A DNA stretch of 64,000 bases from Candidatus Ozemobacteraceae bacterium. GTDB lineage: Bacteria > Muiribacteriota > Ozemobacteria > Ozemobacterales > Ozemobacteraceae. This document shows, in pieces, positions 18,466-27,215 of the stretch. The position numbers and the translations under genes are program-made. The stretch covers positions 1,792,001 through 1,856,000 of the forward strand of contig OZ223236.1 of NCBI GenBank assembly GCA_965140445.1. The letters are read 5' to 3'. The notes under the pieces were generated by a model. That model worked only from the letters and a program-made list of their open reading frames with translations. It was not told the DNA's origin and made no database searches. Within the stretch, counting starts at the first letter, position 1. Each line of letters begins with the position of its first letter.

Positions 18466-19646
18466 CTGAAATTGCAAAAAGAAAAAGATTATTAATCGTG
18501 GCTGGAGAAACTTCCGGTGACTTTTATGCTGGTTCTCTTATAGATGTTCTTAAGAAAACAGCGCCTTTTGATATTTATGCAGTTGGCGGAATTCAAACCG
18601 CACATCGTGATGTAAATCTTCTTTATGATAGTACAAACTGGGCAGCCATTGGTTTATTTGAAGCTTTTAAACAGGCTCCAAGGTTGCTGCTGGTGCTTCG
18701 AAAGCTTCGAAAGTTCATAATAGAAAAGAAACCAGATCTAATTATTCTTGTTGATTACCCTGGTTTTAATATGAGATTGGTTCATATTGCTGAAAAACTG
18801 GGTATTCCAACTGTTTATTATTTTCCACCAAGCAAATTTGCAATTGATCCCAAAAATGTTGCTGATGCAGCTGGTAGTATTACCAGAGTTGCCGCAAATT
18901 TCGCATCAACTTATGAAGTTTATAAAAATGCTGGGGCTGAAGTAGATTTCGTTGGACATCCTCTTTTGGACCACGCAGTTCCAGCTATGACAAAAGAAGA
19001 GACTTATAAAAAATATGGTTTAATTCCTGGTCGACCAGTTATTGGCTTATGTCCTGGAAGCCGTAAAAGTGAGCTTCAACTTTTACTTCCAATAATGCTT
19101 GCAGCGGGAAAAATAATCCATAGTAAATTTCCAGATTTCCAGTTTGTTGTTCCGGTTATTGAAACCGAAGGTTCTGAAGTTTTTGGCATGCAGAAATCTG
19201 ATCTTCATAAGCAGTTAGAGAACTCTGGATTGCCTGTGAAGTTGGCTGAAGGAAAAATTTACGATGTGATGAACATCGCTAAGTTTCTATTGATTAGCTC
19301 CGGAACAGCGACACTAGAAGCCAGTTATATTGGCACTCCAATGATCATTTGTTACAAAGTTTCTCTTTTTACAGAAATTCAGGCCAGATTGTTCTATAAA
19401 CTTCCAGAATTTATCGGCCTTCCTAATATAATTATTAAAAGAAAAGCTATTCCAGAGCTTATTCAGCATGATTTAACTCCAGAAAAGCTGGCTGAAATGG
19501 CGCTGGAAATTATTAATGATCCTGAAAAATACGACAAGCAGAAGCAAGATCTTGCTGAGGTTGTATCACAACTTGGAGAGCCTGGCGCACACGAAAGAGT
19601 TGCCAGAATAGTAATGGAGCTTCTGGACATGCCTTCTCAGGGGTAA
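18462..19646 (+). CDS. lpxB: Second lipid-A-disaccharide synthase (LpxB paralog)
   Basis: AGETSGD, VDYPGFN, VGHPL, CPGSRKSE, SSGTATLE and GLPNI are present, but YYFPPSKFA replaces YYxxPQVWAW and ANFAST replaces FPFE. Confidence 0.85.
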   Translation: MTEIAKRKRLLIVAGETSGDFYAGSLIDVLKKTAPFDIYAVGGIQTAHRDVNLLYDSTNWAAIGLFEAFKQAPRLLLVLRKLRKFIIEKKPDLIILVDYPGFNMRLVHIAEKLGIPTVYYFPPSKFAIDPKNVADAAGSITRVAANFASTYEVYKNAGAEVDFVGHPLLDHAVPAMTKEETYKKYGLIPGRPVIGLCPGSRKSELQLLLPIMLAAGKIIHSKFPDFQFVVPVIETEGSEVFGMQKSDLHKQLENSGLPVKLAEGKIYDVMNIAKFLLISSGTATLEASYIGTPMIICYKVSLFTEIQARLFYKLPEFIGLPNIIIKRKAIPELIQHDLTPEKLAEMALEIINDPEKYDKQKQDLAEVVSQLGEPGAHERVARIVMELLDMPSQG

Positions 19647-19649
19647 AAA

Positions 19650-20603
19650 ATGTCCTTAAATGGTTTTTTAAAACAAGCAGTTATTTGCCTTTCCAGTCTT
19701 TCTACTTCATTGCCCGAGTCTGTTTCCAGGACGGCAGTTGCTTCTATGGGACTATTGGCTGGTAAAGTCTGGTTGAATGAACGAAATCGATTAAAAGAAG
19801 TTATTGACCGTGTTTATTTTCGGTTGGAACGAAAACTTCCCATGGATCTTGATCAAATTGTCGATCGAATGTTTTTACATTTTTCCCTGAATACATTGGA
19901 GCTCCTTCAATATCCCATTATTTCAGAAAAACTTCTTAGGGAAAGGTTTCATTTTGTTGGAATTGAAAACTTAGAAAACGCTTTAAAAAAAGGGAAGGGC
20001 GTTATTCTGGCTTTACCCCACCTCGGAAACTGGGAGCTTTTGGGAGCAGCAATTGCCCATCGCGGATATAAGCTCAACTCTTTTTTTCTTTCTCAAAAGG
20101 AAGATGAGCTTGGAAATTTGCTGGATCATTTCAGAAGCTTTTCTGGAATAGTTTTGCATGATCGTGATCGTGGAGGAATTAAGGCTTTAAAAGCTCTTAG
20201 AAACGGCGAATCGTTGGGGATGATTGCAGACCAGGATGGAGCCAATAATGGTGTTTATATGAATTTTCTTGGCCATTGGGTAAGTATGCCTGCCGGACCG
20301 GCAAATTGGAGCCTGAAAACCGGTGCTGAACTAGTTCCTCTCTATTGTTTAAGAAATAAATTTACCAATAAATTTGAAGCCAGAATCTTACCGGCGCTTC
20401 CAGCTGAAGAAATTGGTTCCCACCATGACAAAGTAATTAGCAGGACTAAGAAGTTAGCAGGATGGATGGAAGAAATAATTCTGGAGAACCCGTCTCAGTA
20501 TTTATGGTTTTATGACAGATTCAAACCCAGGCACGAGCGATACATAATAAAGCAAAAGAATGACGGTGCAAAAATGGTTCATGGTGGAGCTTGGTATGGC
20601 TAA
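19650..20603 (+). CDS. Second LpxL/HtrB family acyltransferase
   Basis: GIENLENAL..GKGVI, PHLGNWE, GMIADQ, FLG and PSQYLWFYDRFK motifs. Confidence 0.9.
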   Translation: MSLNGFLKQAVICLSSLSTSLPESVSRTAVASMGLLAGKVWLNERNRLKEVIDRVYFRLERKLPMDLDQIVDRMFLHFSLNTLELLQYPIISEKLLRERFHFVGIENLENALKKGKGVILALPHLGNWELLGAAIAHRGYKLNSFFLSQKEDELGNLLDHFRSFSGIVLHDRDRGGIKALKALRNGESLGMIADQDGANNGVYMNFLGHWVSMPAGPANWSLKTGAELVPLYCLRNKFTNKFEARILPALPAEEIGSHHDKVISRTKKLAGWMEEIILENPSQYLWFYDRFKPRHERYIIKQKNDGAKMVHGGAWYG

Positions 20604-21897
20604 ATTATCTCTGAAAGAATGGGCCTGGTTAGCTTTTTATCAAGGATTATTTGCGGGAGTTAGCATTTTGGGGGCTGGGGCTGTTCCATTCCTGGCCAGA
20701 AAATATAAAAGAATTGATGATGGTGTAAGTGATTACTTTGGTGGTTTTAAACCAATATTCGGGAAAAAGAACATCTGGATACATGGAGTCTCGATGGGAG
20801 AATCTCTGGTAGCATGCGGTGTTGCTGCTGAGATTATTAAAAGGCATCCTGACTGGGAGATCGGTTTTACAACAACTCACCCAGATGTTTTGGCTACGGT
20901 GAGAAAAAAGAAATTGGCTCATTCTTCTGGTTTTTTCCCATTGGACAATGTCTTTAGCATGAATAGAGCTCTTTCAAGATGGAAACCCGATTTGGTTTTG
21001 GTAGCAGAAACAGATTTCTGGCCAGTTTTTTCTTTTTTATGTAATAAAAAGGAAATTCCTCTTTTACTCATTAATGGCCGGATTAGTGAAAAAATTGAAT
21101 CCTTTTACTCAAAATTTCCGAATTTGGCAAACATTGTTTTTGGCGCTTTTTCAAGATTTCTTGTTCAGTCAGATGTTGATTCAGAAAGACTGGTAAAAAT
21201 TGGTGCTAAACTTGAGCAAATTGAAGTTGTTGGGAATCTTAAGGCTGATTTATTGCCAGCTGGACAGATTAAAGATCTTTCAACTCTCAAGAGATGGAAA
21301 TCGTCGAAGAAGCTTCTGGTATATGGCTCAGTTCATCCGTCAGAATTTAAAGAGTTGCTTCCTACAATAAAAAATTTAAATAAAAGGGGAATTTTACAGC
21401 TGATTGCTCCTAGAAATCTAAATTTTGTAGAAAGTTTTATTACTGAGATTACCAGTTTTCTAAAGATTGAAAAAAGGAAAGTTGCTCTTAAATCCAAATT
21501 GAATAATGATTCTGATCCAGAGATTGTAATATTGGATACAATGGGAGAGCTTTCGCAGATTTATGGTATTGCTGATCTTTCATTTGTAGGTGGAAGTCTT
21601 GATCCGGCAGTTGGCGGTCACAATCCTCTGGAGGTTTTGCAACAAAATTCACCTCTTATTATGGGGCCAAATGTTAGAAACTTTGCCGATATAATTGATC
21701 AATTGAAGAAATTATCGGGGATAAAAGTTGTTAAATCTCCTGTGGATTCAAATGAGTTTTGGAAAATTCTTGATTCTAATGAAGAAAAGGCGAATATGAT
21801 TGCCGCTGGTTCAAAAGTTTTAAATGAAAATCGTGGGGGATTAGAGGTTACTATCCAGGCGATTGAAGATACTCTTAATAAAGGCTTGGAGAAATAA
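20596..21897 (+). CDS. waaA: Kdo transferase
   Basis: IWIHGVSMGE, PLD, ETDFWP, INGRIS, GNLKAD, DTMGEL, FVGGSL and GGHNPLE; ATG 20596 follows GGAG. Confidence 0.92.
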   Translation: MAKLSLKEWAWLAFYQGLFAGVSILGAGAVPFLARKYKRIDDGVSDYFGGFKPIFGKKNIWIHGVSMGESLVACGVAAEIIKRHPDWEIGFTTTHPDVLATVRKKKLAHSSGFFPLDNVFSMNRALSRWKPDLVLVAETDFWPVFSFLCNKKEIPLLLINGRISEKIESFYSKFPNLANIVFGAFSRFLVQSDVDSERLVKIGAKLEQIEVVGNLKADLLPAGQIKDLSTLKRWKSSKKLLVYGSVHPSEFKELLPTIKNLNKRGILQLIAPRNLNFVESFITEITSFLKIEKRKVALKSKLNNDSDPEIVILDTMGELSQIYGIADLSFVGGSLDPAVGGHNPLEVLQQNSPLIMGPNVRNFADIIDQLKKLSGIKVVKSPVDSNEFWKILDSNEEKANMIAAGSKVLNENRGGLEVTIQAIEDTLNKGLEK

Positions 21898-21898
21898 A

Positions 21899-22255
21899 AT
21901 GACCTATGCATTGTATGTTTTATGGGGATTTATAATTGGAATTATTAGTGGATGCGTTGGTATTGGTGGAGGAGTTGTTATTGTGCCCTCGTTGGTAATG
22001 CTTTTTGGACTCGACCAATTAAAAGCCCAAGGGACTTCTATAGCCTTGATGATCCCTCCAATTGGCCTTTTAGCTGCTGCAAAATACTGGAAAAGTGGAA
22101 ATATAGTTGTTCCTATAGCTATTTTTGGCGCACTGGGAGTGTTTATTGGCGGATATTTTGGTGCATCTATTGCTCACCATGTAGGGGGGCCAATGATGAA
22201 AAAAATTTTTGGTGTAGTTTTGATGGCAGTTGGAGCAAAAATGTTTTTCAGCTAG
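21899..22255 (+). CDS. Sulfite exporter TauE/SafE (TSUP) family protein, half-size
   Basis: GIISGCVGIGGGVVIVPSL and AQGTSIA; about 118 aa from ATG 21899. Confidence 0.88.
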   Translation: MTYALYVLWGFIIGIISGCVGIGGGVVIVPSLVMLFGLDQLKAQGTSIALMIPPIGLLAAAKYWKSGNIVVPIAIFGALGVFIGGYFGASIAHHVGGPMMKKIFGVVLMAVGAKMFFS

Positions 22256-22638
22256 GCGACGTTGCTCAGGCTTTGTTTTTCTAAAATGTTCCAGGTTATT
22301 CCATTAAAATCGACAAAGGCTTTTCGCCCATTTTCAGTTTCTTCAATGATTATTTCATAACTTTCTAATCTTAACTGAAGAGCTTCAAGATCATTTACAT
22401 AAAGCAAAATTTTGCTGTTATTCGCTCTAAATGGAGAATTTTTTCGATCAAACGATGCAATTACTGTAGAATCAACTTGAATTTCTGAGCTTTCGAGTCT
22501 TAGAAGATGCCCAGAGAGGTCATCTGAATCATATTCTTCGATGGTTTGAACTCGATCCATTTTTAAAACTTTTCGATAAAACTCTCTGCTTTTGAGTGGA
22601 TTTTTTGCAATAACACCGATTGGGGTAATAAACTTCAT
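22252..22638 (-). CDS. VOC/glyoxalase-fold protein
   Basis: SREFYRKVL, LYVNDLEA...L and AFVDFNGITWNI pattern; ATG 22638 after GGAG. Confidence 0.7.
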   Translation of the reverse strand: MKFITPIGVIAKNPLKSREFYRKVLKMDRVQTIEEYDSDDLSGHLLRLESSEIQVDSTVIASFDRKNSPFRANNSKILLYVNDLEALQLRLESYEIIIEETENGRKAFVDFNGITWNILEKQSLSNVA

Positions 22639-22668
22639 TTTAGTCTCCAAAATAAATAGCTCAATAAC

Positions 22669-22693
22669 TTATCGGCAGTTCAGGTTGGATTGA
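22669..22693 (-). promoter_or_regulatory. Putative sigma28 (FliA/SigD-type) promoter
   Basis: Perfect GCCGATAA on the minus strand about 30 nt upstream of the VOC start. TCAA lies 13 nt further upstream, a shorter spacer than usual. Confidence 0.5.
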
Positions 22694-22758
22694 AGAGGCT
22701 TTTTGCAGATTGGACAGTAAGGTTTGCACATTTATTTTTGGGGTTAGCCTAATATTTC

Positions 22759-22788
22759 TTGCAACAAGGTTTTATGTAATCGTATAAT
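22759..22788 (+). promoter_or_regulatory. Putative sigma70 promoter of ilvE-cysQ
   Basis: TTGCAA-N18-TATAAT. Confidence 0.6.
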
Positions 22789-22851
22789 CATTCCCTGAAG
22801 TGTTTTGAAAATGAGGCAACTTGCCTGATCAAAGCAAGGAAAGGAAGTAAT

Positions 22852-23955
22852 ATGAGAATAGCTATTGAAAATGTATCCGAAAGCGAACTTAAGCCCCTTT
22901 TTTCTGATCCAAATAAACTGGGATTTTGTAAAACTTTTACAGATTTAATGTTCACAATGGATTATAACGAGGAAGATGGATGGCATAATCCTCATATTAG
23001 AAAGTTTCAGCCATTTCAACTTGATCCTTCATCATTAGTTTTGCATTATGCCCAGGAAATTTTTGAGGGTTTAAAAGCTTTTCATTGTAAAGATGGAAAG
23101 GTTAGATTGTTTAGACCTGACATGAATGCCAAGAGGTTTAACCGTTCTGCAGACAGGCTTTGCATGCCACATTTTATGGAAAATGATTTCCTGGAAAGTG
23201 TTCATGCTCTGGTAAACCTTGAGAAGAGATGGGTTCCTAAGAGCAAAGGCGCGGCATTATATATTCGTCCTTTCATGATCGCTATTGATAATGCTCTTGG
23301 CGTTAGGGCTTCTTCCACATATACATATTGCGTAATTTTAAGTCCTGTTGGGCCATATTATCAGGAAGGTTTTAACCCAATAGCCTTATATGTGTCAGAT
23401 GAATTTACAAGAGCAGCTAAAGGCGGTCTTGGAGAAGCAAAAACTGGTGCAAATTACGCAGCTAGTTTGCTTGCAGGAAGAATTGCCAGAAAGCAAGGTT
23501 GCGCACAGGTTCTGTGGCTGGACGGTGCTGAACATAGATATGTTGAAGAAGTTGGCGCGATGAATATTTGTTTTGTATTCAATGGCAACACTATAGTAAC
23601 TCCAGAACTTAATGGAAGTATTTTACCAGGTGTTACTCGTGATAGCGTTTTAAAGCTTGCTCCAAAACTTGGCCTTAGAGCTGAGGAACGAAGAATCTCC
23701 ATTGATGAAGTAATTGGTGGTTTAACTACTGGCTCAATTACAGAAATTTTTGGAACAGGCACCGCAGCAAGTATTTCACCTGTTGGAAGCCTTAAATATC
23801 GTGGTGAAGACTATACTATTAATGGAAGAAAAGTTGGACCTGTTAGTCAGCAGCTTTATGATACATTAAGAGGTATTCAATACGGAGAAATCGAAGACAC
23901 TTTTGGCTGGACAGTAGCTATTGAAAGCCATGAGGAAAAAGTTCTCGCTATCTGA
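22852..23955 (+). CDS. ilvE: Branched-chain amino acid aminotransferase
   Basis: LHYAQEIFEGLKA, LYIRPF, AKTGANYAASL, EEVGAMN, ILPGVTRDS and GTGTAA motifs. Confidence 0.96.
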   Translation: MRIAIENVSESELKPLFSDPNKLGFCKTFTDLMFTMDYNEEDGWHNPHIRKFQPFQLDPSSLVLHYAQEIFEGLKAFHCKDGKVRLFRPDMNAKRFNRSADRLCMPHFMENDFLESVHALVNLEKRWVPKSKGAALYIRPFMIAIDNALGVRASSTYTYCVILSPVGPYYQEGFNPIALYVSDEFTRAAKGGLGEAKTGANYAASLLAGRIARKQGCAQVLWLDGAEHRYVEEVGAMNICFVFNGNTIVTPELNGSILPGVTRDSVLKLAPKLGLRAEERRISIDEVIGGLTTGSITEIFGTGTAASISPVGSLKYRGEDYTINGRKVGPVSQQLYDTLRGIQYGEIEDTFGWTVAIESHEEKVLAI

Positions 23956-23965
23956 TCTTTATTAA

Positions 23966-24787
23966 ATGATTAATAACACACCATTAAACCACCCCGATGC
24001 AATGTTTATTGCCGGGGTGGCTTTTTCTACATCAGAAATTATTCTAGAAGTATATAACAATGACTTCTCCTATAGCTTAAAAAATGGTGAAGAACCGGTT
24101 ACAGTGGCGGATCAGCGAGCTGATGATTTTATTGTTGGTAAGATAAAAAGTCAATTCCCAGGAGATAGCATTTTCAGTGAAGAGAACGGCCTGTATCAAC
24201 CGGAAGATTGTAATAATAGAATTTGGTTTATAGATCCGATTGATGGAACAAAAGAATTTATTAAAAAGAATGGTGAATTCGCCATTCAGATTGGTTTGGC
24301 AATAAACGGAAAGCTGGATTTTGGTTTGGTTTATCAACCAATTGGCGAAAACCTTTATATTGGCGCAAAGGGTGAGGGCTGCCATTGGCATTCGCCTGAA
24401 AATGGTTGGCATCAGTTAAAGATCTTGCCAAAGAAGGAAAATTCCTTAATTGCAGCTATAAGTAGGTCAAATCCGAGTGAGCTGGCATCAACTGTTCATA
24501 GTAAGCTCAATGGTACCGGAGTTATTGTTCATGGTGGAGTTGGGCTTAAGCTTATGGCAATTGCCCGCAATAAGGCTCATTACTACATTAATGATTGGAA
24601 CGCCACCAAGGCATGGGATATGGCGGCTCCGGAGTTACTTTTTGAGGAAGCTGGTGGAGTTTCATCTGATTTAACCGGCGAAAAGTTTTTGTATTTTGCA
24701 CAGAATTACAAGCATACCAGAGGACTTTTATCTAGCTGTAATGCATCTTTACATGCGCAAATTCTTGAAATCTCAAAGTGCCGTTAA
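23966..24787 (+). CDS. cysQ: 3'(2'),5'-bisphosphate nucleotidase CysQ / inositol monophosphatase family
   Basis: PVTVAD, SEE, WFIDPIDGTKEFI, SRS, WDMAA and EAGG motifs. Confidence 0.85.
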   Translation: MINNTPLNHPDAMFIAGVAFSTSEIILEVYNNDFSYSLKNGEEPVTVADQRADDFIVGKIKSQFPGDSIFSEENGLYQPEDCNNRIWFIDPIDGTKEFIKKNGEFAIQIGLAINGKLDFGLVYQPIGENLYIGAKGEGCHWHSPENGWHQLKILPKKENSLIAAISRSNPSELASTVHSKLNGTGVIVHGGVGLKLMAIARNKAHYYINDWNATKAWDMAAPELLFEEAGGVSSDLTGEKFLYFAQNYKHTRGLLSSCNASLHAQILEISKCR

Positions 24788-24828
24788 GAACAAAATAGAA
24801 TTGTATGTTAAAAAGTTAAACTTGGGAC

Positions 24829-24856
24829 TCAATTTCGTCTTTTCTAAATCCGATAA
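24829..24856 (+). promoter_or_regulatory. Putative sigma28-type promoter
   Basis: TCAA-N16-TCCGATAA, 30 nt upstream of ATG 24886. Confidence 0.5.
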
Positions 24857-24885
24857 GTATAAAAATAGTATCGGTGGAGAAACAA

Positions 24886-25098
24886 ATGATAGATCTCAAA
24901 AACTTTTTGGTAAATAATAATTCAGTTTTAAACCCGAATAATCCAGATATAAACATGGATAAAGTAATTTCCAATCGCAGGAAAATTCTTTCTCAGGCTA
25001 GAAGTGCTATAAGAGATCATCTTGAGCAGCAATTTGAAGAAGCTTTGAAAACTTTCTATTCAAGAGAAATTCCTGAAGACAGAAATAAAATTTATTAA
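24886..25098 (+). CDS. Small hypothetical protein (about 70 aa)
   Basis: GGAG RBS 6 nt before ATG; own promoter-like motif; helical charged sequence. Confidence 0.65.
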   Translation: MIDLKNFLVNNNSVLNPNNPDINMDKVISNRRKILSQARSAIRDHLEQQFEEALKTFYSREIPEDRNKIY

Positions 25099-25248
25099 TT
25101 CTTTGAGTCGCCTTTTTATAAAAGACTTTTAAGTGTGCACCGTGCATAGGGCACGTAAAAACATTTAATTTAAACTTTATCCCTGTGTGTGGATTAATTA
25201 TAGTTTTGTAAAGTCTTATTGGAAGCGGGTTTTGAAAAACAGCTTGAT

Positions 25249-25278
25249 TTGCAATTTGAATATCTTGAACTATATAAT
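25249..25278 (+). promoter_or_regulatory. Putative sigma70 promoter
   Basis: TTGCAA-N18-TATAAT upstream of ORF 25317. Confidence 0.55.
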
Positions 25279-25316
25279 GTGCCTTCATTGATAAAGAGAA
25301 TTTTCGTGAGGTAAAA

Positions 25317-25613
25317 ATGACAAATTCAGCAGCAGTTAGAGCAGAAGATTTATGTGAAAACACTACATTTAATCAAAGTGTGGTTAATGAAAAAGTTACA
25401 TCATTTCAGAAACCAAAGCTTACGGTTGTGCCCCCAACCCCCAGCGAACCACCTACACAAGAAAAACTGGTTCAACTTTACTCAAAACAAAACAGAGAAT
25501 GTTGGCTTTGTGAAGGAATTTCAAAAAAAATTGTTGCTGGAAAAGATATTTCAGATGATGACAACTGGCATTTCACATCCTGTGTGCTAAGTTGGGAACA
25601 CCTTAATAGATAA
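25317..25613 (+). CDS. Small hypothetical protein with CxxC...HxxxC motif
   Basis: GAGG RBS; promoter upstream and terminator downstream; CWLC...HFTSC. Confidence 0.7.
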   Translation: MTNSAAVRAEDLCENTTFNQSVVNEKVTSFQKPKLTVVPPTPSEPPTQEKLVQLYSKQNRECWLCEGISKKIVAGKDISDDDNWHFTSCVLSWEHLNR

Positions 25614-25622
25614 GAATATAGT

Positions 25623-25664
25623 AAAAAAAGCAGCTTCCAAAAACTGGGAGCTGCTTTTTTTTTT
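25623..25664. terminator. Intrinsic terminator (bidirectional form)
   Basis: A7-GCAGCTTCCA-AAAAC-TGGGAGCTGC-T10 hairpin directly after the ORF 25317-25613 stop. Confidence 0.88.
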
Positions 25665-25752
25665 GAAAAAATTGCAATAAGTATAATTAAATCTACCTTT
25701 CCGGACGATTACTCTAGGTAAGGACTTTTTTTACTTTAAAATTTAGGAGGGA

Positions 25753-26817
25753 ATGCGGTTGAGACGCTGTTTATTATTGTCTGGACTTTTTGTTCTGGCA
25801 GCATCTTCAATGACGATGGGTGCAATATATTCCTATCGAGATGCGCAAGGTCGACTTTATTTAACTGATAGCCCTCCTAATAAAAACTATAAAATTGTAG
25901 TTACCACCAGAAAAGACCGAGAAGGGCCGGATTCTCCAAGTTCTTATGCTAAAGCAACAGCTTTTTCTGGATTAAAATCAGAAAAGTGTCTTCTGCACAG
26001 TGACGACGCCTATAGTGCTTACATAAATGAAGCTGCACAGATTCATGGAGTTGACCCATATCTGATAAAATCTGTTATAAAGGCTGAATCAGACTTTGAT
26101 CCTGGTGCCAGATCATCTAAGGGTGCCCAGGGACTAATGCAACTTATTCCTTCTACCGCAAGGCTTGTTGGATGCAATAGAGCATATGATGCAAGAGAAA
26201 ATATTCTTGGTGGAACCGCTTACCTGAAAATGATGCTAAAAAGGTTTGATTGGAAAACAGATTATGCATTAGCTGCATATAATGCAGGCCCAGGAAATGT
26301 GGACAAATACAAAGGTATTCCACCATTTAGGGAAACCAAAAACTATGTGAAGAAAGTAAAATTTTACTACAACAAGTATAGTGCTTCTGCAACAGGGAAG
26401 GGTAGAAGCACAAAAGTTGCCAGAGTTATTCCAGTTTTAAAAACTGATCTTTCGAAGCGGTTGCAGGAAGCATATGAAAAGTTTGAAGACGGTAATGTAG
26501 AAGGTGCAATGGATGCATACCGCAATGTATTAAACATATACCCAAGGAATGCTCAGGCTCTGTATAACTTAGCATGTTTGCTGGACATGGAAAGATATTA
26601 TGAAGATGCAATTGATTCATATAAAGCTGCGTTAAAGCAGGATCCATATCTGGATAAAGCTGTGTATAACCTTGCAGTTATTTATGAAAGAATGGGAATG
26701 CACCAGGATGCAATTGCAGCCTGGAAAAAGTACGTAAAAACAACAAAGGACGAAGAAAAAATTGTGATGGCTGAAAAGTTTATTCACGAGTTAAAAGAAT
26801 TTTCTTCGGTAAATTGA
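25753..26817 (+). CDS. Secreted lytic transglycosylase: DUF4124-like N-terminus + SLT domain + TPR repeats
   Basis: Signal peptide; IYSYRDAQG...TDSP; VIKAESDF...SSKGAQGLMQL...LAAYNAGPG...PPFRETKNYV; C-terminal TPRs; AGGAGG RBS. Confidence 0.92.
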   Translation: MRLRRCLLLSGLFVLAASSMTMGAIYSYRDAQGRLYLTDSPPNKNYKIVVTTRKDREGPDSPSSYAKATAFSGLKSEKCLLHSDDAYSAYINEAAQIHGVDPYLIKSVIKAESDFDPGARSSKGAQGLMQLIPSTARLVGCNRAYDARENILGGTAYLKMMLKRFDWKTDYALAAYNAGPGNVDKYKGIPPFRETKNYVKKVKFYYNKYSASATGKGRSTKVARVIPVLKTDLSKRLQEAYEKFEDGNVEGAMDAYRNVLNIYPRNAQALYNLACLLDMERYYEDAIDSYKAALKQDPYLDKAVYNLAVIYERMGMHQDAIAAWKKYVKTTKDEEKIVMAEKFIHELKEFSSVN

Positions 26818-26819
26818 TC

Positions 26820-27215
26820 ATGAGCGGCAAAAAAAAGGACAATATAAGTGAAAGATCACTATTTGAGAAATTACTATATGTTGGAATAGGAACATTCTTT
26901 TTATGGCCTTTTATGCAGTTATGGTCAATTAAGGCTGTGCCACTTTTTGAATCAGATACTCATCAAAGAGCGGCCATCGCGCTTGAAAACATTATGGAAG
27001 AAGCTTTGGCAAAGCCCTTTAAGAAAATGGATGAAAAAAGTTCATTTGAGAAAATTGAAGGATGTGAAGACATCGGTCTTGTTGGAAAAGTTGAGGTGTT
27101 TCCGCACCCTGATTATGAACGTTTAACACTTTTGCGCGGTCAGGTAAGCTGGGGTGGATTTCCATTCAGTAAAACCCTGACTCTGGAATATCTAAAAACA
27201 AGAACTAGACCATGA
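26820..27215 (+). CDS. Pilin/pseudopilin-like protein (PilV/GspI-like, degenerate leader)
   Basis: SLFEK followed by a hydrophobic helix, AAIALENIMEE and C-terminal VSW; first of three coupled pilin-like genes. Confidence 0.55.
   Translation: MSGKKKDNISERSLFEKLLYVGIGTFFLWPFMQLWSIKAVPLFESDTHQRAAIALENIMEEALAKPFKKMDEKSSFEKIEGCEDIGLVGKVEVFPHPDYERLTLLRGQVSWGGFPFSKTLTLEYLKTRTRP

Noticed and set aside
25177..25196. Two DnaA-box-like 9-mers (TTATCCCTG, TGTGGATTA) suggesting oriC
   Set aside because: Only two imperfect boxes, with no dnaA/dnaN or clear unwinding element nearby; compatible with chance.
25100..25250. Possible riboswitch or sRNA (GTGCAC/GTGC...GCAC patch) in the intergenic region
   Set aside because: No conserved riboswitch motif or extended pairing that I can support; would need a covariance-model search.
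25007..25363. 118-aa minus-strand ORF spanning the intergenic region
   Set aside because: Overlaps two better-supported plus-strand genes and a promoter; no RBS.
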